A DNA stretch of 64,000 nucleotides from an uncultured Lachnospiraceae bacterium (GTDB taxonomy: Bacteria; Bacillota; Clostridia; Oscillospirales; CAG-272). The position numbers were made by a program, and so were the translations under genes. Below the pieces are notes generated by a model, which was not told the origin of the DNA, ran no database searches, and saw only the letters and a list, made by a program, of their open reading frames with translations. Positions 28,366-38,147 of the stretch are shown piece after piece (position 1 is the stretch's first letter; each line of letters begins with the position of its first letter). Location of the stretch: the NCBI GenBank assembly GCA_964568425.1, contig CAZMPO010000002.1, positions 82,840 to 146,839 of the forward strand, read 5' to 3'.

Positions 28366-28387
28366 GTATGATTCCTTTCATAAAAGG

Positions 28388-28828
28388 TTATGTACCGCCC
28401 AGAGCCTTTGTCAGCGTTACGAGCGTCCCTTTTCCCGGATGGGAGATGACCGACAACTTGTCCGAGAGCGATTTCATTATGGGGAATCCCATTCCGCCTC
28501 GCTCGCCGTCGGGATCTGTTGTGTAAAGCGGCTCCATACAACGCTCGATGTTGTCTATACCGCACCCTCTGTCGCGGATCTTTATCCGAAGCGATCGATC
28601 GTCGTAGCACCTCAGCGCGATCTCGACCGTGCCGATCGGCATGCCCTTGTAGGCATGGACGATGCAGTTTGTCACTGCCTCCGAAACGATAACACGCAGA
28701 TCGGACAGCTCCTCGAGCGTCGGGTCAAGTCCCGCGGCGAATGCGCATACGACCTGCCTTGCAAAGCATTCGTTTTCGGAAATGGCTATAAATTCAAGCT
28801 TCATTTGATTTGTGACTGTTTTTTTCAT
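28388..28828 (-). CDS. spoIIAB: anti-sigma F factor (serine kinase) SpoIIAB
   Basis: HATPase_c motifs SEAVTNCIVHAY, DRGCGI and GGMGF. Length 146 aa. Confidence 0.9.
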   Translation of the reverse strand: MKKTVTNQMKLEFIAISENECFARQVVCAFAAGLDPTLEELSDLRVIVSEAVTNCIVHAYKGMPIGTVEIALRCYDDRSLRIKIRDRGCGIDNIERCMEPLYTTDPDGERGGMGFPIMKSLSDKLSVISHPGKGTLVTLTKALGGT

Positions 28829-28858
28829 TTCTGTAGCTCCTTTGCTCCTTTTATCTTG

Positions 28859-29194
28859 TCAGACCTTGCTGTTTGCCGCCCGCACGATCTCGATCATTCC
28901 ACCGATTCCCGCAAGGCGCAGGATCTTCTCGGTCTGCTCTGTGGGATTTGACAGGATAAGCTTGCCGCCAAGCTCCCTGACACGAGTGAGACGCCCGAGT
29001 ATCAGCCCAAGCCCTGACGAATCCATGAAGCTCACGCCTCCAAGCTCCATGATCGTCTCTTTCGGACGGCAATAAAATATCGCCGTGTCGATCTGCTCCC
29101 TGATGTATTTTGCGCTGTGATGATCGATGTCTCCCTCTATCGTGACGACCATCCTCTTGCCGTCGCTCTCACATTTTACACCGGCTATTTCCAT
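28859..29194 (-). CDS. spoIIAA: anti-sigma F factor antagonist SpoIIAA (STAS)
   Basis: STAS domain with the phosphorylatable motif FMDSSGLG. ATG 29194 lies within track ORF 28859..29353. Confidence 0.85.
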   Translation of the reverse strand: MEIAGVKCESDGKRMVVTIEGDIDHHSAKYIREQIDTAIFYCRPKETIMELGGVSFMDSSGLGLILGRLTRVRELGGKLILSNPTEQTEKILRLAGIGGMIEIVRAANSKV

Positions 29195-29394
29195 TTTGAT
29201 CTCTTCCTTTCGACTTTGTTTCTTTATTTTTTTGATGAGTGAATGTCCTTGTCCGATCGATCGGACATTTTCGAGAAAATAATAGCATGTATCTTTCGCA
29301 AAATCTGTCAAAAGCCGACGATATCGAAAATTTTTCAAAAAAAGAGCCCCCATCGGTTTTGCCGATGGAGGCTGTGAGTGTTGTGTGTTGAGAT

Positions 29395-31644
29395 TTATTC
29401 ATCCTGCTCTTTTTTGCCTGTTGAGGGTGCTGTTATTGGCGCGGTAACGGGAGCGGGAATATCGCTTGTTGTATCTGTCGTCGTTGACGTGACGGGCGGG
29501 GTGGATACATCTCCTTTGACGAACCAGTGGGTCAGTTTGTTCTCGTTGCTGTCAAAGAGCGCGTTGTATTGCAGGTATTTGTACAACAGCAGGAGATTCG
29601 AGTCCTCTGCGGGATATTCGGAAAAACTGTAGAAATTTCCGCTCGTGTCCCAATAGCCTGCCGCGCTGATCGCGGGATATTCTTCTCTGACCATCGAAAT
29701 AAAGTTCAGATACTCGGTCTTTTCGATGCCTGCAATGTCGAGTGCTTTGCCCGAAAGATAGTTGAGAGACGTGATCTCGCTCTCGTCGCCCTCAAATTCG
29801 AAATTTGCCCAGATGAGATAGGGAACGGCATACTTTGCTTGATTGAGCCTTGCGTCGCTGTCGTCGTCGATTCCGAAGAAGTTTGAATAAAAGCTTGCCG
29901 ACAGAGAGGGCTGATGGTCGCCGAAGAATACGATCACCGTCTCCTCATCGGCATTTGTGAAATATTCGATCAGCTCGCGGAGTGCCTCGTCGGTCTTGTT
30001 GATCGATGACAGATATTCCTGCGTGCCCTTGTATTTCGTGTAATTCTGCAGATGGATGGTCGGTACAAAACCCTCGGTTGAAAATCCGCCGTGATTCATC
30101 ATGGTAACGGCAAAGGTGAAGAGGGGAGTGCCCTTGTCCTTTGACTCGTACATTTCAATGATCTTGTCAAATACTGCCGCATCGCTTACATGTCCGCGAT
30201 AGTAATCCTCGTCGGTAAGCCCGGTGAAATCGTCCTCGAAAAGGATCTTGTTAAACCCGTAGTATGAGTAGATCTTGTCTCTTGACCAGTTTGTCGGTGC
30301 TTCGGGATGCATTCCGACCGTTAAATATCCTTCCTTGTTCAGAAGATCGACGATCGAGAAGGAATTGTTTTTGTTCAGATAGAGATTGTACGCGACAGTG
30401 TTCGCAGGAAGGAAGGCAAGCGAGTGACCGGTCAAAAACTCGAGCTCCGAGTTTGCGGTGTTTCCGCCGAATACCGAGGATATCGCCCAACCCTTTTCGA
30501 CATTCGGCATGGTTGAGGAAAGCGAGCTGAAGAAGGGAAGCACGTTTTCGACGGTCAGCAGATTGTCCTTTGCCTTGCCCTTGTTGTAAAGATACTCGGA
30601 TACAGCTTGCAGATCAGAGAAGGTCTCGTCCATGATGACGATGATGTTCGGCTTTTCCTTGTCGTCGTCGTCCGATGTGTCGGGCGTCGTTGACGGAGCG
30701 GTCGGCGCACCTGTCGCGGGCGGTGTTACTTCATCGGTGCTTGGAGGATCGACCGGCGTCACGCCTGTTTGCGGCGGGACGACGTCCAGTCCGTAAAGCT
30801 CTTTAAGAAGCCCTATCAGCACCTCGCGCGAGTAATTCTCGGGCACTTTGACCTTCGTTGCGGCGGCTGTGTGAATGAAATTGACATAGAAACCGTTGTA
30901 TTCGGATGCACGAAATTTCCAATACTTGTCCTTGAAATCGATGGCGTCACTGCCGCGATCGGATGAGATAACAAAGCAGGGAACTACTATCGTGACGGCG
31001 GCGAGCACGCTTGATATGATCCGAATATAACGAATACGGAATATCGGCAACCTTGTGCGTATGATAAGTATCGCAAAGGGAACAGCAAACAGCAGACCGC
31101 TGAGCGTCATCGGCGAGAGGGTGAATTTGTAAGACCCTGCGACACTAAGCCCGGTAAAGACCGAGAAAAGGTCGTTGTATCCGATCTCCATCTGTCTTGT
31201 TTGTACGACAAAATGGTCGATGACACCGAGTACCTCCGAGAAGATCAGCACCGACAGTATCGACGCATTAACTCTTGCGCTTGCCGCAAATATAAGAAGC
31301 TCCATGCCGAAAATGATGATCACGTTCAGCATGAATTTCGCGAAATTCATATATTTTCCGAATCCCGCGCCGATCGTGAACTGCATCAAGATGAATATTA
31401 AAAATGCCGAGGCGAAGAGTATCGGAAGCGAGATGAGAGGGTGGGTCTTTTGCGTTGGTTGAATTTTTATAAGAAGTGTTGCCGCCATGAGCAGGGCAGA
31501 GCCGAGAATGACGAATGTGTTGGCGTGCAGGATTGCCGCAATTATCGCGACCGCGACGATCGAACCGAATATCCACGGATAGGTTCGCAGGTTCGTCTGA
31601 AACGATATCTTCAAGACGGAACACCTTGGTAACTTTATCTTCAT
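29395..31644 (-). CDS. LTA synthase-family sulfatase (LtaS-like membrane protein)
   Basis: N-terminal multi-TM region and a Pro/Thr linker. The sulfatase domain shows IIVIMDETFSD, GGNTANSELEFLTGHS, FFGDHQP. Confidence 0.75.
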   Translation of the reverse strand: MKIKLPRCSVLKISFQTNLRTYPWIFGSIVAVAIIAAILHANTFVILGSALLMAATLLIKIQPTQKTHPLISLPILFASAFLIFILMQFTIGAGFGKYMNFAKFMLNVIIIFGMELLIFAASARVNASILSVLIFSEVLGVIDHFVVQTRQMEIGYNDLFSVFTGLSVAGSYKFTLSPMTLSGLLFAVPFAILIIRTRLPIFRIRYIRIISSVLAAVTIVVPCFVISSDRGSDAIDFKDKYWKFRASEYNGFYVNFIHTAAATKVKVPENYSREVLIGLLKELYGLDVVPPQTGVTPVDPPSTDEVTPPATGAPTAPSTTPDTSDDDDKEKPNIIVIMDETFSDLQAVSEYLYNKGKAKDNLLTVENVLPFFSSLSSTMPNVEKGWAISSVFGGNTANSELEFLTGHSLAFLPANTVAYNLYLNKNNSFSIVDLLNKEGYLTVGMHPEAPTNWSRDKIYSYYGFNKILFEDDFTGLTDEDYYRGHVSDAAVFDKIIEMYESKDKGTPLFTFAVTMMNHGGFSTEGFVPTIHLQNYTKYKGTQEYLSSINKTDEALRELIEYFTNADEETVIVFFGDHQPSLSASFYSNFFGIDDDSDARLNQAKYAVPYLIWANFEFEGDESEITSLNYLSGKALDIAGIEKTEYLNFISMVREEYPAISAAGYWDTSGNFYSFSEYPAEDSNLLLLYKYLQYNALFDSNENKLTHWFVKGDVSTPPVTSTTTDTTSDIPAPVTAPITAPSTGKKEQDE

Positions 31645-31776
31645 GACAGAGTCCTTTCGTAATAACGGTGAAAAAGGTATAATTACGTATTGTCGGATGC
31701 TTTTTCCTTTTGTTTTGGTTTATTTGTATTGTAAACTCCCGAGTATCGGGACGAAATTTTTCAGACAACGAATGCT

Positions 31777-31805
31777 ATTATACACCAGATATGAAACTTT
31801 GTCAA
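31777..31805 (-). promoter_or_regulatory. sigma-A type promoter (TTGACA-17-TATAAT) for the LtaS-like gene
   Basis: On the minus strand, TTGACA is at 31805-31800 and TATAAT at 31782-31777. This predicts a 5' UTR of about 130 nt. Confidence 0.55.
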
Positions 31806-31900
31806 CCTTTTTTTAGGTACAACTTGTGAACAAGGTGCAAACTTTCCTGTACGATCAACACTTTTCTCGACTGTTTTGCCTGTTTTTTTAAAAAAAACTA

Positions 31901-31929
31901 TTGACAATCGGACAACTTCGTGTTATAAT
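31901..31929 (+). promoter_or_regulatory. sigma-A type promoter (TTGACA-17-TATAAT) for the valS leader
   Basis: TTGACA at 31901-31906 and TATAAT at 31924-31929. Confidence 0.65.
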
Positions 31930-31944
31930 AAGTCAAATTGAATA

Positions 31945-32224
31945 CCGTTTGAAAATGCTTCGACGGGGAGCAGTAAGACGAAACGCGTCCCACAGAGAGT
32001 GCCGCAGAGCTGAGAGCGGCATGGAAGGTGCGCCGCCCGAAGTCGCCCCCGAGCATCGGTCGTGAAGATCTCTTAGCCTCCGACGGGACTGCCCGTTACA
32101 GCAGTGACCGTACCGTGATATTTTGTTGGTGCGGCATAAAGTGCTCGCTTTTGCGAGAATACGGGTGGTACCGCGTCTTTTCGGCGTCCTGTGGATCTTT
32201 TGATCTGCGGGCGTTTTTTATTTT
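31945..32224 (+). promoter_or_regulatory. T-box leader (probable Val specifier GUC) with terminator
   Basis: Conserved T-box sequence aatacGGGTGGTACCGCG (32156-32175). Stem I elements: agagag, gctgagag. Candidate specifier gaaGTCg at 32052-32054. A terminator hairpin and T-run end at about 32224. Directly upstream of valS. Confidence 0.8.
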
Positions 32225-32287
32225 GCCACCAAACGGCGATTTTAATCCGCAAAAATACCGATATATTATGAAAGGAAGACATCGATA

Positions 32288-34903
32288 ATGAAAGAACTCG
32301 AAAAACAATATTCTCCAAAAGACATCGAGGACCGACTCTATGCTTTTTGGAATGATAAGGGCTATTTTACCCCCGATCTGAACGACGGCAAGCCGCCGTT
32401 CTCGATCGTAATTCCGCCCCCCAACGTTACCGGCAAACTCCACATGGGACACGCACTTGACGAAACGCTTCAGGATATTCTGGCACGCTTCAAGCGTATG
32501 CAGGGCTATTCCACACTCTGGCTGCCGGGTACCGACCACGCAGGCATCGCAACGCAGATCAAGGTTGAGGAATCGCTTAGAACAAACGAAGGGCTTACCC
32601 GCTATGATCTCGGTCGCGAAAAATTCCTCGAGCGCGTTTGGGATTGGAAAGAGCAGTACGGCGGAAATATCATCCGCCAGCTCAAAAAGCTCGGCTCGTC
32701 CTGCGATTGGTCGCGCCTGCGCTTTACCATGGACGAGGGCTGCTGCAGGGCAGTTCGCGAGGTCTTTGTCAATCTCTATGACAAAGGACTCATCTATCGC
32801 GGCAACAGGATCATAAACTGGTGTCCGCATTGCCGCACCGCACTTTCGGATGCGGAGGTCGAATACGAGGAACAGCCGGGACATTTTTGGCATATCAAAT
32901 ATCCGCTTTCGGATGGCAGCGGCTATGTTGAGATCGCGACCACGCGTCCCGAGACCCTGCTCGGCGATACAGCCGTCGCCGTTTATCCCGATGATGAAAG
33001 ATATAAGTCGATCGTCGGCAAAACGCTCATCCTTCCGCTTGTCGGCAGAGAGATACCTGTCATTGCCGATGAATATGTCGAGAAGGACTTCGGTACGGGT
33101 TGCGTAAAGATCACTCCCGCACACGACCCCAACGACTTCCTTGTCGGTCAGCGTCACTCGCTTGCGCAGATCAAGATACTTGACGATGACGCAAAGATCA
33201 ATCTTGTCGGATCGAAATACCACGGCATGGATCGCTATGAGGCAAGAGCCGCCATGGTCGCCGATCTTGAGGCGGCGGGACTTCTTGTCAAGGTCGAGCC
33301 GCATGTTCATAATGTCGGAACATGCTACCGTTGCCACGGCACGGTCGAGCCGATCACGTCCGATCAGTGGTTCGTTAAAATGGCACCGCTTGCCGAGCCT
33401 GCGATCGAGGTCGTTAAGAGCGGTGAGATCAAATTCGAGCCCGATCGCTTTGCGAATAATTACTATCGCTGGATGGAAAATGTCCACGATTGGTGCATAT
33501 CCCGTCAGCTTTGGTGGGGTCACCGCATCCCCGCATTCTACTGCGACGATTGCGGCGAAATGATCGTTTCGAAAGAGGATGTCACAGTCTGCCCGAAATG
33601 CGGCGGCAGGATGCGTCAGGAGGAGGACGTTCTCGATACATGGTTCTCGTCGGCTCTGTGGCCATTCTCGACCATGGGCTGGCCCGATGAGACCGAAACG
33701 CTCAAGAAATACTATCCCACATCCGTGCTCGTTACCGGCTATGATATCATATCCTTCTGGGTTTCGAGAATGATCTTCTCTGGGCTTGAGCATACAGGTA
33801 AAAAGCCCTTCTCCAATGTCTTTATCCACGGACTTGTCCGCGATGCGCAGGGACGCAAGATGTCCAAATCGCTCGGCAACGGAATCGATCCGCTCGAGAT
33901 CATCGATCAGTACGGTGCCGATGCTCTGAGATTTGCCCTCGCGACAGGTAACGCACCCGGCAACGATATGCGCTTCTCGGACGAAAAGATCGAGGCGGCA
34001 AGAAACTTCAATAATAAGCTTTGGAACGCCGCAAGATTTATCTTAATGAACCTTACGATCGAAAAAGCCGAGCTTCCTCCCGCTGAAAAACTCGAAACCG
34101 AGGACAGATGGCTGCTTTCGAAGTATAACAGGCTTGTCGGCGAGGTCACTGCAAATCTTGAGAGCTATGAGCTTGGTGTCGCCCTCGCAAAGCTTTACGA
34201 TTTTGCCTGGGATGTCTTCTGCGATTGGTATATCGAGCTTGTTAAGCCTCGCCTCTCGTCGTGCGATGAGGGTGCACAGCAGGTGCTCGTTTATGTCATG
34301 ACCGGTATTTTGAAGATGCTCCATCCCTTTATCCCCTTCATAACCGAGGAAATTTGGCAGTCTCTGCCGCATGACGGCGAGTCGATCATGGTGTCAAGTT
34401 GGCCTGTCGCCGATCCTCTGCACAGCTTTGTCGAGGATGAGGGACGCATGGAAGCGATCATAGAGGCGATCCGCGCTATCCGCAATCGCAGACAGGAGAT
34501 GAACGTTCCGCCCTCCAAAAAAGCCGCACTGACTGTCGTCACCGACCGTACCGACGCCTTTAACGAAAAGAGCGAACGTTTCTTCGTAAAACTCGCGTGT
34601 GCGTCCTCGATGAAGACCGTCAGAACGCATACCGATGACGGCGCGATACAGATCGTCACCTCGACCGCGACGATATTTATTCCGCTTGCCGATATCGTCG
34701 ATCTTGCAAAAGAAAGAGCGCGTCTTGAGGCTGAACTTAAGAAAAATCTGTCCGAGATCGATCGTCTTACCAAAAAGCTCGATAATCCCGGATTTGTCGC
34801 CAAGGCCCCCGAAAACGTCATCGCCGGCGAACGCGCAAAGCTTGCAAAGTATACCGAGACCGCCGAAAAGGTCAAAGCGGCACTTGCAAAGCTCCCTGAA
34901 TAA
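32288..34903 (+). CDS. valS: valine--tRNA ligase
   Basis: 871 aa with HIGH ([14 protein letters not shown]) and KMSKS ([10 protein letters not shown]) motifs and a C-terminal coiled coil. Confidence 0.95.
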   Translation: MKELEKQYSPKDIEDRLYAFWNDKGYFTPDLNDGKPPFSIVIPPPNVTGKLHMGHALDETLQDILARFKRMQGYSTLWLPGTDHAGIATQIKVEESLRTNEGLTRYDLGREKFLERVWDWKEQYGGNIIRQLKKLGSSCDWSRLRFTMDEGCCRAVREVFVNLYDKGLIYRGNRIINWCPHCRTALSDAEVEYEEQPGHFWHIKYPLSDGSGYVEIATTRPETLLGDTAVAVYPDDERYKSIVGKTLILPLVGREIPVIADEYVEKDFGTGCVKITPAHDPNDFLVGQRHSLAQIKILDDDAKINLVGSKYHGMDRYEARAAMVADLEAAGLLVKVEPHVHNVGTCYRCHGTVEPITSDQWFVKMAPLAEPAIEVVKSGEIKFEPDRFANNYYRWMENVHDWCISRQLWWGHRIPAFYCDDCGEMIVSKEDVTVCPKCGGRMRQEEDVLDTWFSSALWPFSTMGWPDETETLKKYYPTSVLVTGYDIISFWVSRMIFSGLEHTGKKPFSNVFIHGLVRDAQGRKMSKSLGNGIDPLEIIDQYGADALRFALATGNAPGNDMRFSDEKIEAARNFNNKLWNAARFILMNLTIEKAELPPAEKLETEDRWLLSKYNRLVGEVTANLESYELGVALAKLYDFAWDVFCDWYIELVKPRLSSCDEGAQQVLVYVMTGILKMLHPFIPFITEEIWQSLPHDGESIMVSSWPVADPLHSFVEDEGRMEAIIEAIRAIRNRRQEMNVPPSKKAALTVVTDRTDAFNEKSERFFVKLACASSMKTVRTHTDDGAIQIVTSTATIFIPLADIVDLAKERARLEAELKKNLSEIDRLTKKLDNPGFVAKAPENVIAGERAKLAKYTETAEKVKAALAKLPE

Positions 34904-34917
34904 AATTTATAATAAAA

Positions 34918-34955
34918 GATCCGTCCCTTTTGCGTTTTTGCACAAGGGACGGATC
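34918..34955 (+). terminator. hairpin terminator after valS
   Basis: 12-bp stem, gatccgtccctt pairing with aagggacggatc. Confidence 0.7.
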
Positions 34956-34967
34956 TCTTTACATAGA

Positions 34968-35003
34968 AATAAAAAATCTCTCATGCATCTTCGCATGAGA
35001 GAT
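34968..35003 (-). terminator. terminator immediately 3' of tRNA-Lys
   Basis: 11-bp perfect stem (34976-34986 / 34993-35003) abutting the CCA end. A T-run follows on the minus strand. Confidence 0.75.
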
Positions 35004-35079
35004 TGGTGCACCCTCGGGGACTCGAACCCCGGACCCACTGATTAAGAGTCAGTTGCTCTACCAACTGAGCTAAGGGTGC
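35004..35079 (-). tRNA. tRNA-Lys (anticodon CUU), CCA encoded
   Basis: Manually folded cloverleaf. Acceptor stem GCACCCT/AGGGTGC, anticodon stem ACTGA/TCAGT with loop CTCTTAA, T arm CGGGG-TTCGAGT-CCCCG. Length 76 nt. Confidence 0.9.
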
Positions 35080-35118
35080 ATTTTCTTTCGTTTCCGCGCT
35101 TGCCGCGGAACGTGTATT

Positions 35119-35146
35119 ATTATACCACATTTTTTTATTTTGTCAA
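35119..35146 (-). promoter_or_regulatory. sigma-A type promoter for tRNA-Lys (TTGACA-16-TATAAT)
   Basis: On the minus strand, TTGACA is at 35146-35141 and TATAAT at 35124-35119. Confidence 0.55.
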
Positions 35147-35190
35147 GGGGTTTTTGAAAAAAAGTTTGATTTTTTTCAAAAAACTTTCTA
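35138..35190. repeat. AT-rich promoter-upstream module, copy A (second copy at 50187-50240)
   Basis: ttttgtcaaggggtttttgaaaaaaagttt is identical in both copies, and the alignment continues at about 90% identity for roughly 50 nt. Copy A holds a 14-bp inverted repeat, GTTTTTGAAAAAAA / TTTTTTTCAAAAAC. Confidence 0.8.
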
Positions 35191-35211
35191 AAGGCATACC
35201 CCTGTAAGACA

Positions 35212-35265
35212 GATCGCAAAACAAAGCTGTCTCAAATGCCCCGAAAAGAGCATTTGAGACAGCTT
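35212..35265 (-). terminator. terminator downstream of the LRR protein gene
   Basis: 16-bp perfect stem, aagctgtctcaaatgc (35224-35239) pairing with gcatttgagacagctt (35250-35265). A T-rich tract follows on the minus strand. Confidence 0.75.
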
Positions 35266-35429
35266 GAACGGTTACCGCTGTTTACATAGTGCCGATAATT
35301 GCCGTCATCCGCAGGCTGTGCCTTGTTGTAAAAGCAGGGCGTAAGTGTAATGACAGCGTCGGTGGTCTTGGGGATGACTACCGATGCCGCGGTGCCGTAA
35401 AAGCCTGCGATCGTGCAACTCTTGCCGTC

Positions 35430-37238
35430 TTAGTTTGGCACGGATGCGAAATTTGCAGTCGAATTATAATGGATTGTCGCCGATGTCAATTTCGTGTTGT
35501 TTGTGCCTATCGAGATCTCCCACCACTCATTTATGCTGCCGAGATAGTAGACATCCTTGAGCGATGAGCATCCGCTGAACGCACTCTCGCCAATCCTCTT
35601 GATATTTGCGGGGAATGTTATGCTTTCAAGACTTGTACATCCACTGAATGCCATGCTTTGAATGCTATCCGCGCCCGTGCCGATCTTCACGCTTTTGAGA
35701 TTGGTACAGCCGCTAAACCAACTGCCGACATATTGGACTCCGTTTCCGATAACTGCACTCTCAAGACTCTTGCAGTCCGTAAACAGTCCGTCACTGCCGA
35801 TGTCGTTGACACTGTTGGGGATGACTATGCTCTTGAGCTTTGCACAGTACTGGAACGCATAACCGCCGATCAATGTAACGCCTTCCGGAATATTGATGCT
35901 TTCGAGAGCCGAGCAGTATCTGAATGCGTCACCGCCGATTTTGGTTACATTGTCGTGAAGGGTGACCTTCTTAAGGCTTGAACAACCAGCGAATGCGCCC
36001 GTGGGAATAGAGGTCAAGCTGTCCGGAAGGGTGATCTCGGTGACGAGCTTGCTACCGAAATAGAGCTCTGCACCGTTCACGAGCGGACTGCCGTAACTGT
36101 AAGGAAAACTTGTGCCGAGCCATCCCTCGAGTGTGCCGTTGTATTTAACACACTTAAGCTTTGGACACATGTTGAATGCATATGAATAGATCGTTTTAAG
36201 AGTACTCGGCAGAGTGATGCTTTCGAGATTTTCGCAACCTTCAAATGCGTACCAGCCGATGCTTGTCACGCCCTCGGGAATAATGACGCTTGTTATATTC
36301 TTGTTACCCTTGAAGGCATTGTCCGCGATGGACGTGACCTTGCCTACACGCCCGGTGGATGTTTCTTTCGGTATGTATATGACCGTATCCCTGCAGTCGC
36401 CGATGCCCGCAACAGAATAAGTGCCGTCGCCGTTTGATGTGTACTTGAGCATTACCGAGTAATCGACATAAACAGGGGTGTAGGTCTCGTCCTTGTCACC
36501 GACCGTCAGTACGAACTCGGGCTCAGACGAGACTACCGTCTCCGAGCTGTCGATCCAGTGACTGAAGCTCATGCCGTTGCTGTCGACCGACGGAGCGGTG
36601 AGCGTGACCTTGTCCCCCTCGAGATAGAGTCCCGAGAGCATTCCGTCGGGCAGACTTCCCGCAGTCAGACGCACCGCCAGCCAATCGGCGTTCGGGAGAG
36701 CGTCGGTCTTGTATTCCTTGTATTCCTGCACCGCCGCGCCGTAGCTGAGCATGTTCTCAAGCAGTTTTACGAGTTTCGGGTCTGATGTTTTTTCGAGCAT
36801 GTTGTGCGCGTACTGCAAGATGCTGTATTTGCTCACGTCGCTGTAATAGTCGACATCGCCGACTCGGACATGAGCTCTTGCGTAGACATAATCGGTCATG
36901 TTCTTTGCCGAAAGCTCGTCGTAGTCGAATATTGCATGAGGGACGCCGCCGATATTTTCGGTGTAGCTGTCGGTCAGGATGAACGGGTCGTTGTCGATCG
37001 TGTAATCGGTCATCGGGGATGACCAAATAAGCAGTTCGACATTGTCAACATTTGACTTTACTGCGTACTTGATGCGAATGTTGTCCGAAAATGAGAGATT
37101 GCAGTATTTTATCTCCACCTCGGGATCGTTTGGTTGTGCGCCCGATATAAGCGCAAAGCAGATGTTCAGTGTTGCCGCCAGCATGATCGCCGTAAGCAGA
37201 ATGAGTGAACGTTTTTTCGTGATCTTCATGATCTTCAT
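35430..37238 (-). CDS. BspA-type leucine-rich repeat surface protein
   Basis: Signal peptide, then repeated about-23-aa units of the form L.SI.IP..V..IG..AF..C..L. Confidence 0.8.
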   Translation of the reverse strand: MKIMKITKKRSLILLTAIMLAATLNICFALISGAQPNDPEVEIKYCNLSFSDNIRIKYAVKSNVDNVELLIWSSPMTDYTIDNDPFILTDSYTENIGGVPHAIFDYDELSAKNMTDYVYARAHVRVGDVDYYSDVSKYSILQYAHNMLEKTSDPKLVKLLENMLSYGAAVQEYKEYKTDALPNADWLAVRLTAGSLPDGMLSGLYLEGDKVTLTAPSVDSNGMSFSHWIDSSETVVSSEPEFVLTVGDKDETYTPVYVDYSVMLKYTSNGDGTYSVAGIGDCRDTVIYIPKETSTGRVGKVTSIADNAFKGNKNITSVIIPEGVTSIGWYAFEGCENLESITLPSTLKTIYSYAFNMCPKLKCVKYNGTLEGWLGTSFPYSYGSPLVNGAELYFGSKLVTEITLPDSLTSIPTGAFAGCSSLKKVTLHDNVTKIGGDAFRYCSALESINIPEGVTLIGGYAFQYCAKLKSIVIPNSVNDIGSDGLFTDCKSLESAVIGNGVQYVGSWFSGCTNLKSVKIGTGADSIQSMAFSGCTSLESITFPANIKRIGESAFSGCSSLKDVYYLGSINEWWEISIGTNNTKLTSATIHYNSTANFASVPN

Positions 37239-37342
37239 GATATTTGTTTGCCTCCTTGATTTTTTGCGGGTATTTGTAAAACAATTATACCATTTTCGAG
37301 ATGCTTTGTCAACATTTATCGCAAAAAAACAGCCGATGACGC

Positions 37343-37372
37343 AAAAAAGCAGACCGAATTTGTACGGTCTGC
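37343..37372 (-). terminator. terminator after mtnN
   Basis: Stem gcagaccg / cggtctgc followed by TTTTTT on the minus strand. Confidence 0.7.
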
Positions 37373-37400
37373 CGTGATTTGTTTGTATTTTGTTGTTTGA

Positions 37401-38129
37401 TCAAAGCTTGATATGCTCGTCCGTTGCGGATGACAGCACACTTCGTACGATCGCCGACGAACGCTCTGCCGCGAGGGTCTCGAACTCCGCATAGCTGACT
37501 CCCGCACTGTCGCCCGCAAGATCGGATATCGCGCGGATTATCGCAAAGGGCACTCCGTTTAGCGTACAGACCTGCGCGATGGACGCCCCCTCCATTTCGG
37601 TAGCGGCGGCGAAGTAGTCTTTTTTCAGCCCCGCGCGAACGGCATCGTCACAGATGAACTGATCGCCCGATACGACGGTGCCTCTGATGAATTTGTTCTT
37701 GCCGATGTGAAGCGACGCCGCCTTTTCTATGCGCTCGCAAAGCAGTCTGTCTGCCACAAATCGCGTGGGAAGGGAATGGTCGCCCTTCGAGCCGGGAATG
37801 AATCCCTTGGCGTGTCCGAAATAGTGAACATCAAAATCGTGCTGGATCGCGTCTGTCGCGATCACGAGATCGCAAACCGAAAGTCGGTCGTCAAGTCCGC
37901 CCGCGATGCCCGTGTTGATTATCGCGTCGGCATGGAACAGATCGATCATTGCCTGCGTGCATGCGGCGGCTGCAACCTTGCCGATACCGCAGACCACTAT
38001 TCCGACATCCTGTCCGCACAGCTTTCCGATGTGAAATACCGATCCGCAGGCGACAACCTCACGCTCCTTTTCCATCATCGCCACGAGGGTGTTGACCTCG
38101 ACATCCATTGCTCCGATTATTCCTATCAT
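37401..38129 (-). CDS. mtnN: 5'-methylthioadenosine/S-adenosylhomocysteine nucleosidase
   Basis: Motifs: MIGIIGAMDVE, GIGKVAAA, ATEMEGASIAQV. Adjacent to luxS. Confidence 0.85.
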   Translation of the reverse strand: MIGIIGAMDVEVNTLVAMMEKEREVVACGSVFHIGKLCGQDVGIVVCGIGKVAAAACTQAMIDLFHADAIINTGIAGGLDDRLSVCDLVIATDAIQHDFDVHYFGHAKGFIPGSKGDHSLPTRFVADRLLCERIEKAASLHIGKNKFIRGTVVSGDQFICDDAVRAGLKKDYFAAATEMEGASIAQVCTLNGVPFAIIRAISDLAGDSAGVSYAEFETLAAERSSAIVRSVLSSATDEHIKL

Positions 38130-38147
38130 AATGTATCTCCCTCTCTT

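Noticed and set aside
32096-33829. A 577-aa ORF on the minus strand, antisense to valS.
   Set aside because: It lies entirely within the valS coding region. The translation is low-complexity (Arg/Ile/Asp-rich) with no recognisable motif, no SD and no promoter. This is a typical shadow ORF produced by codon bias.
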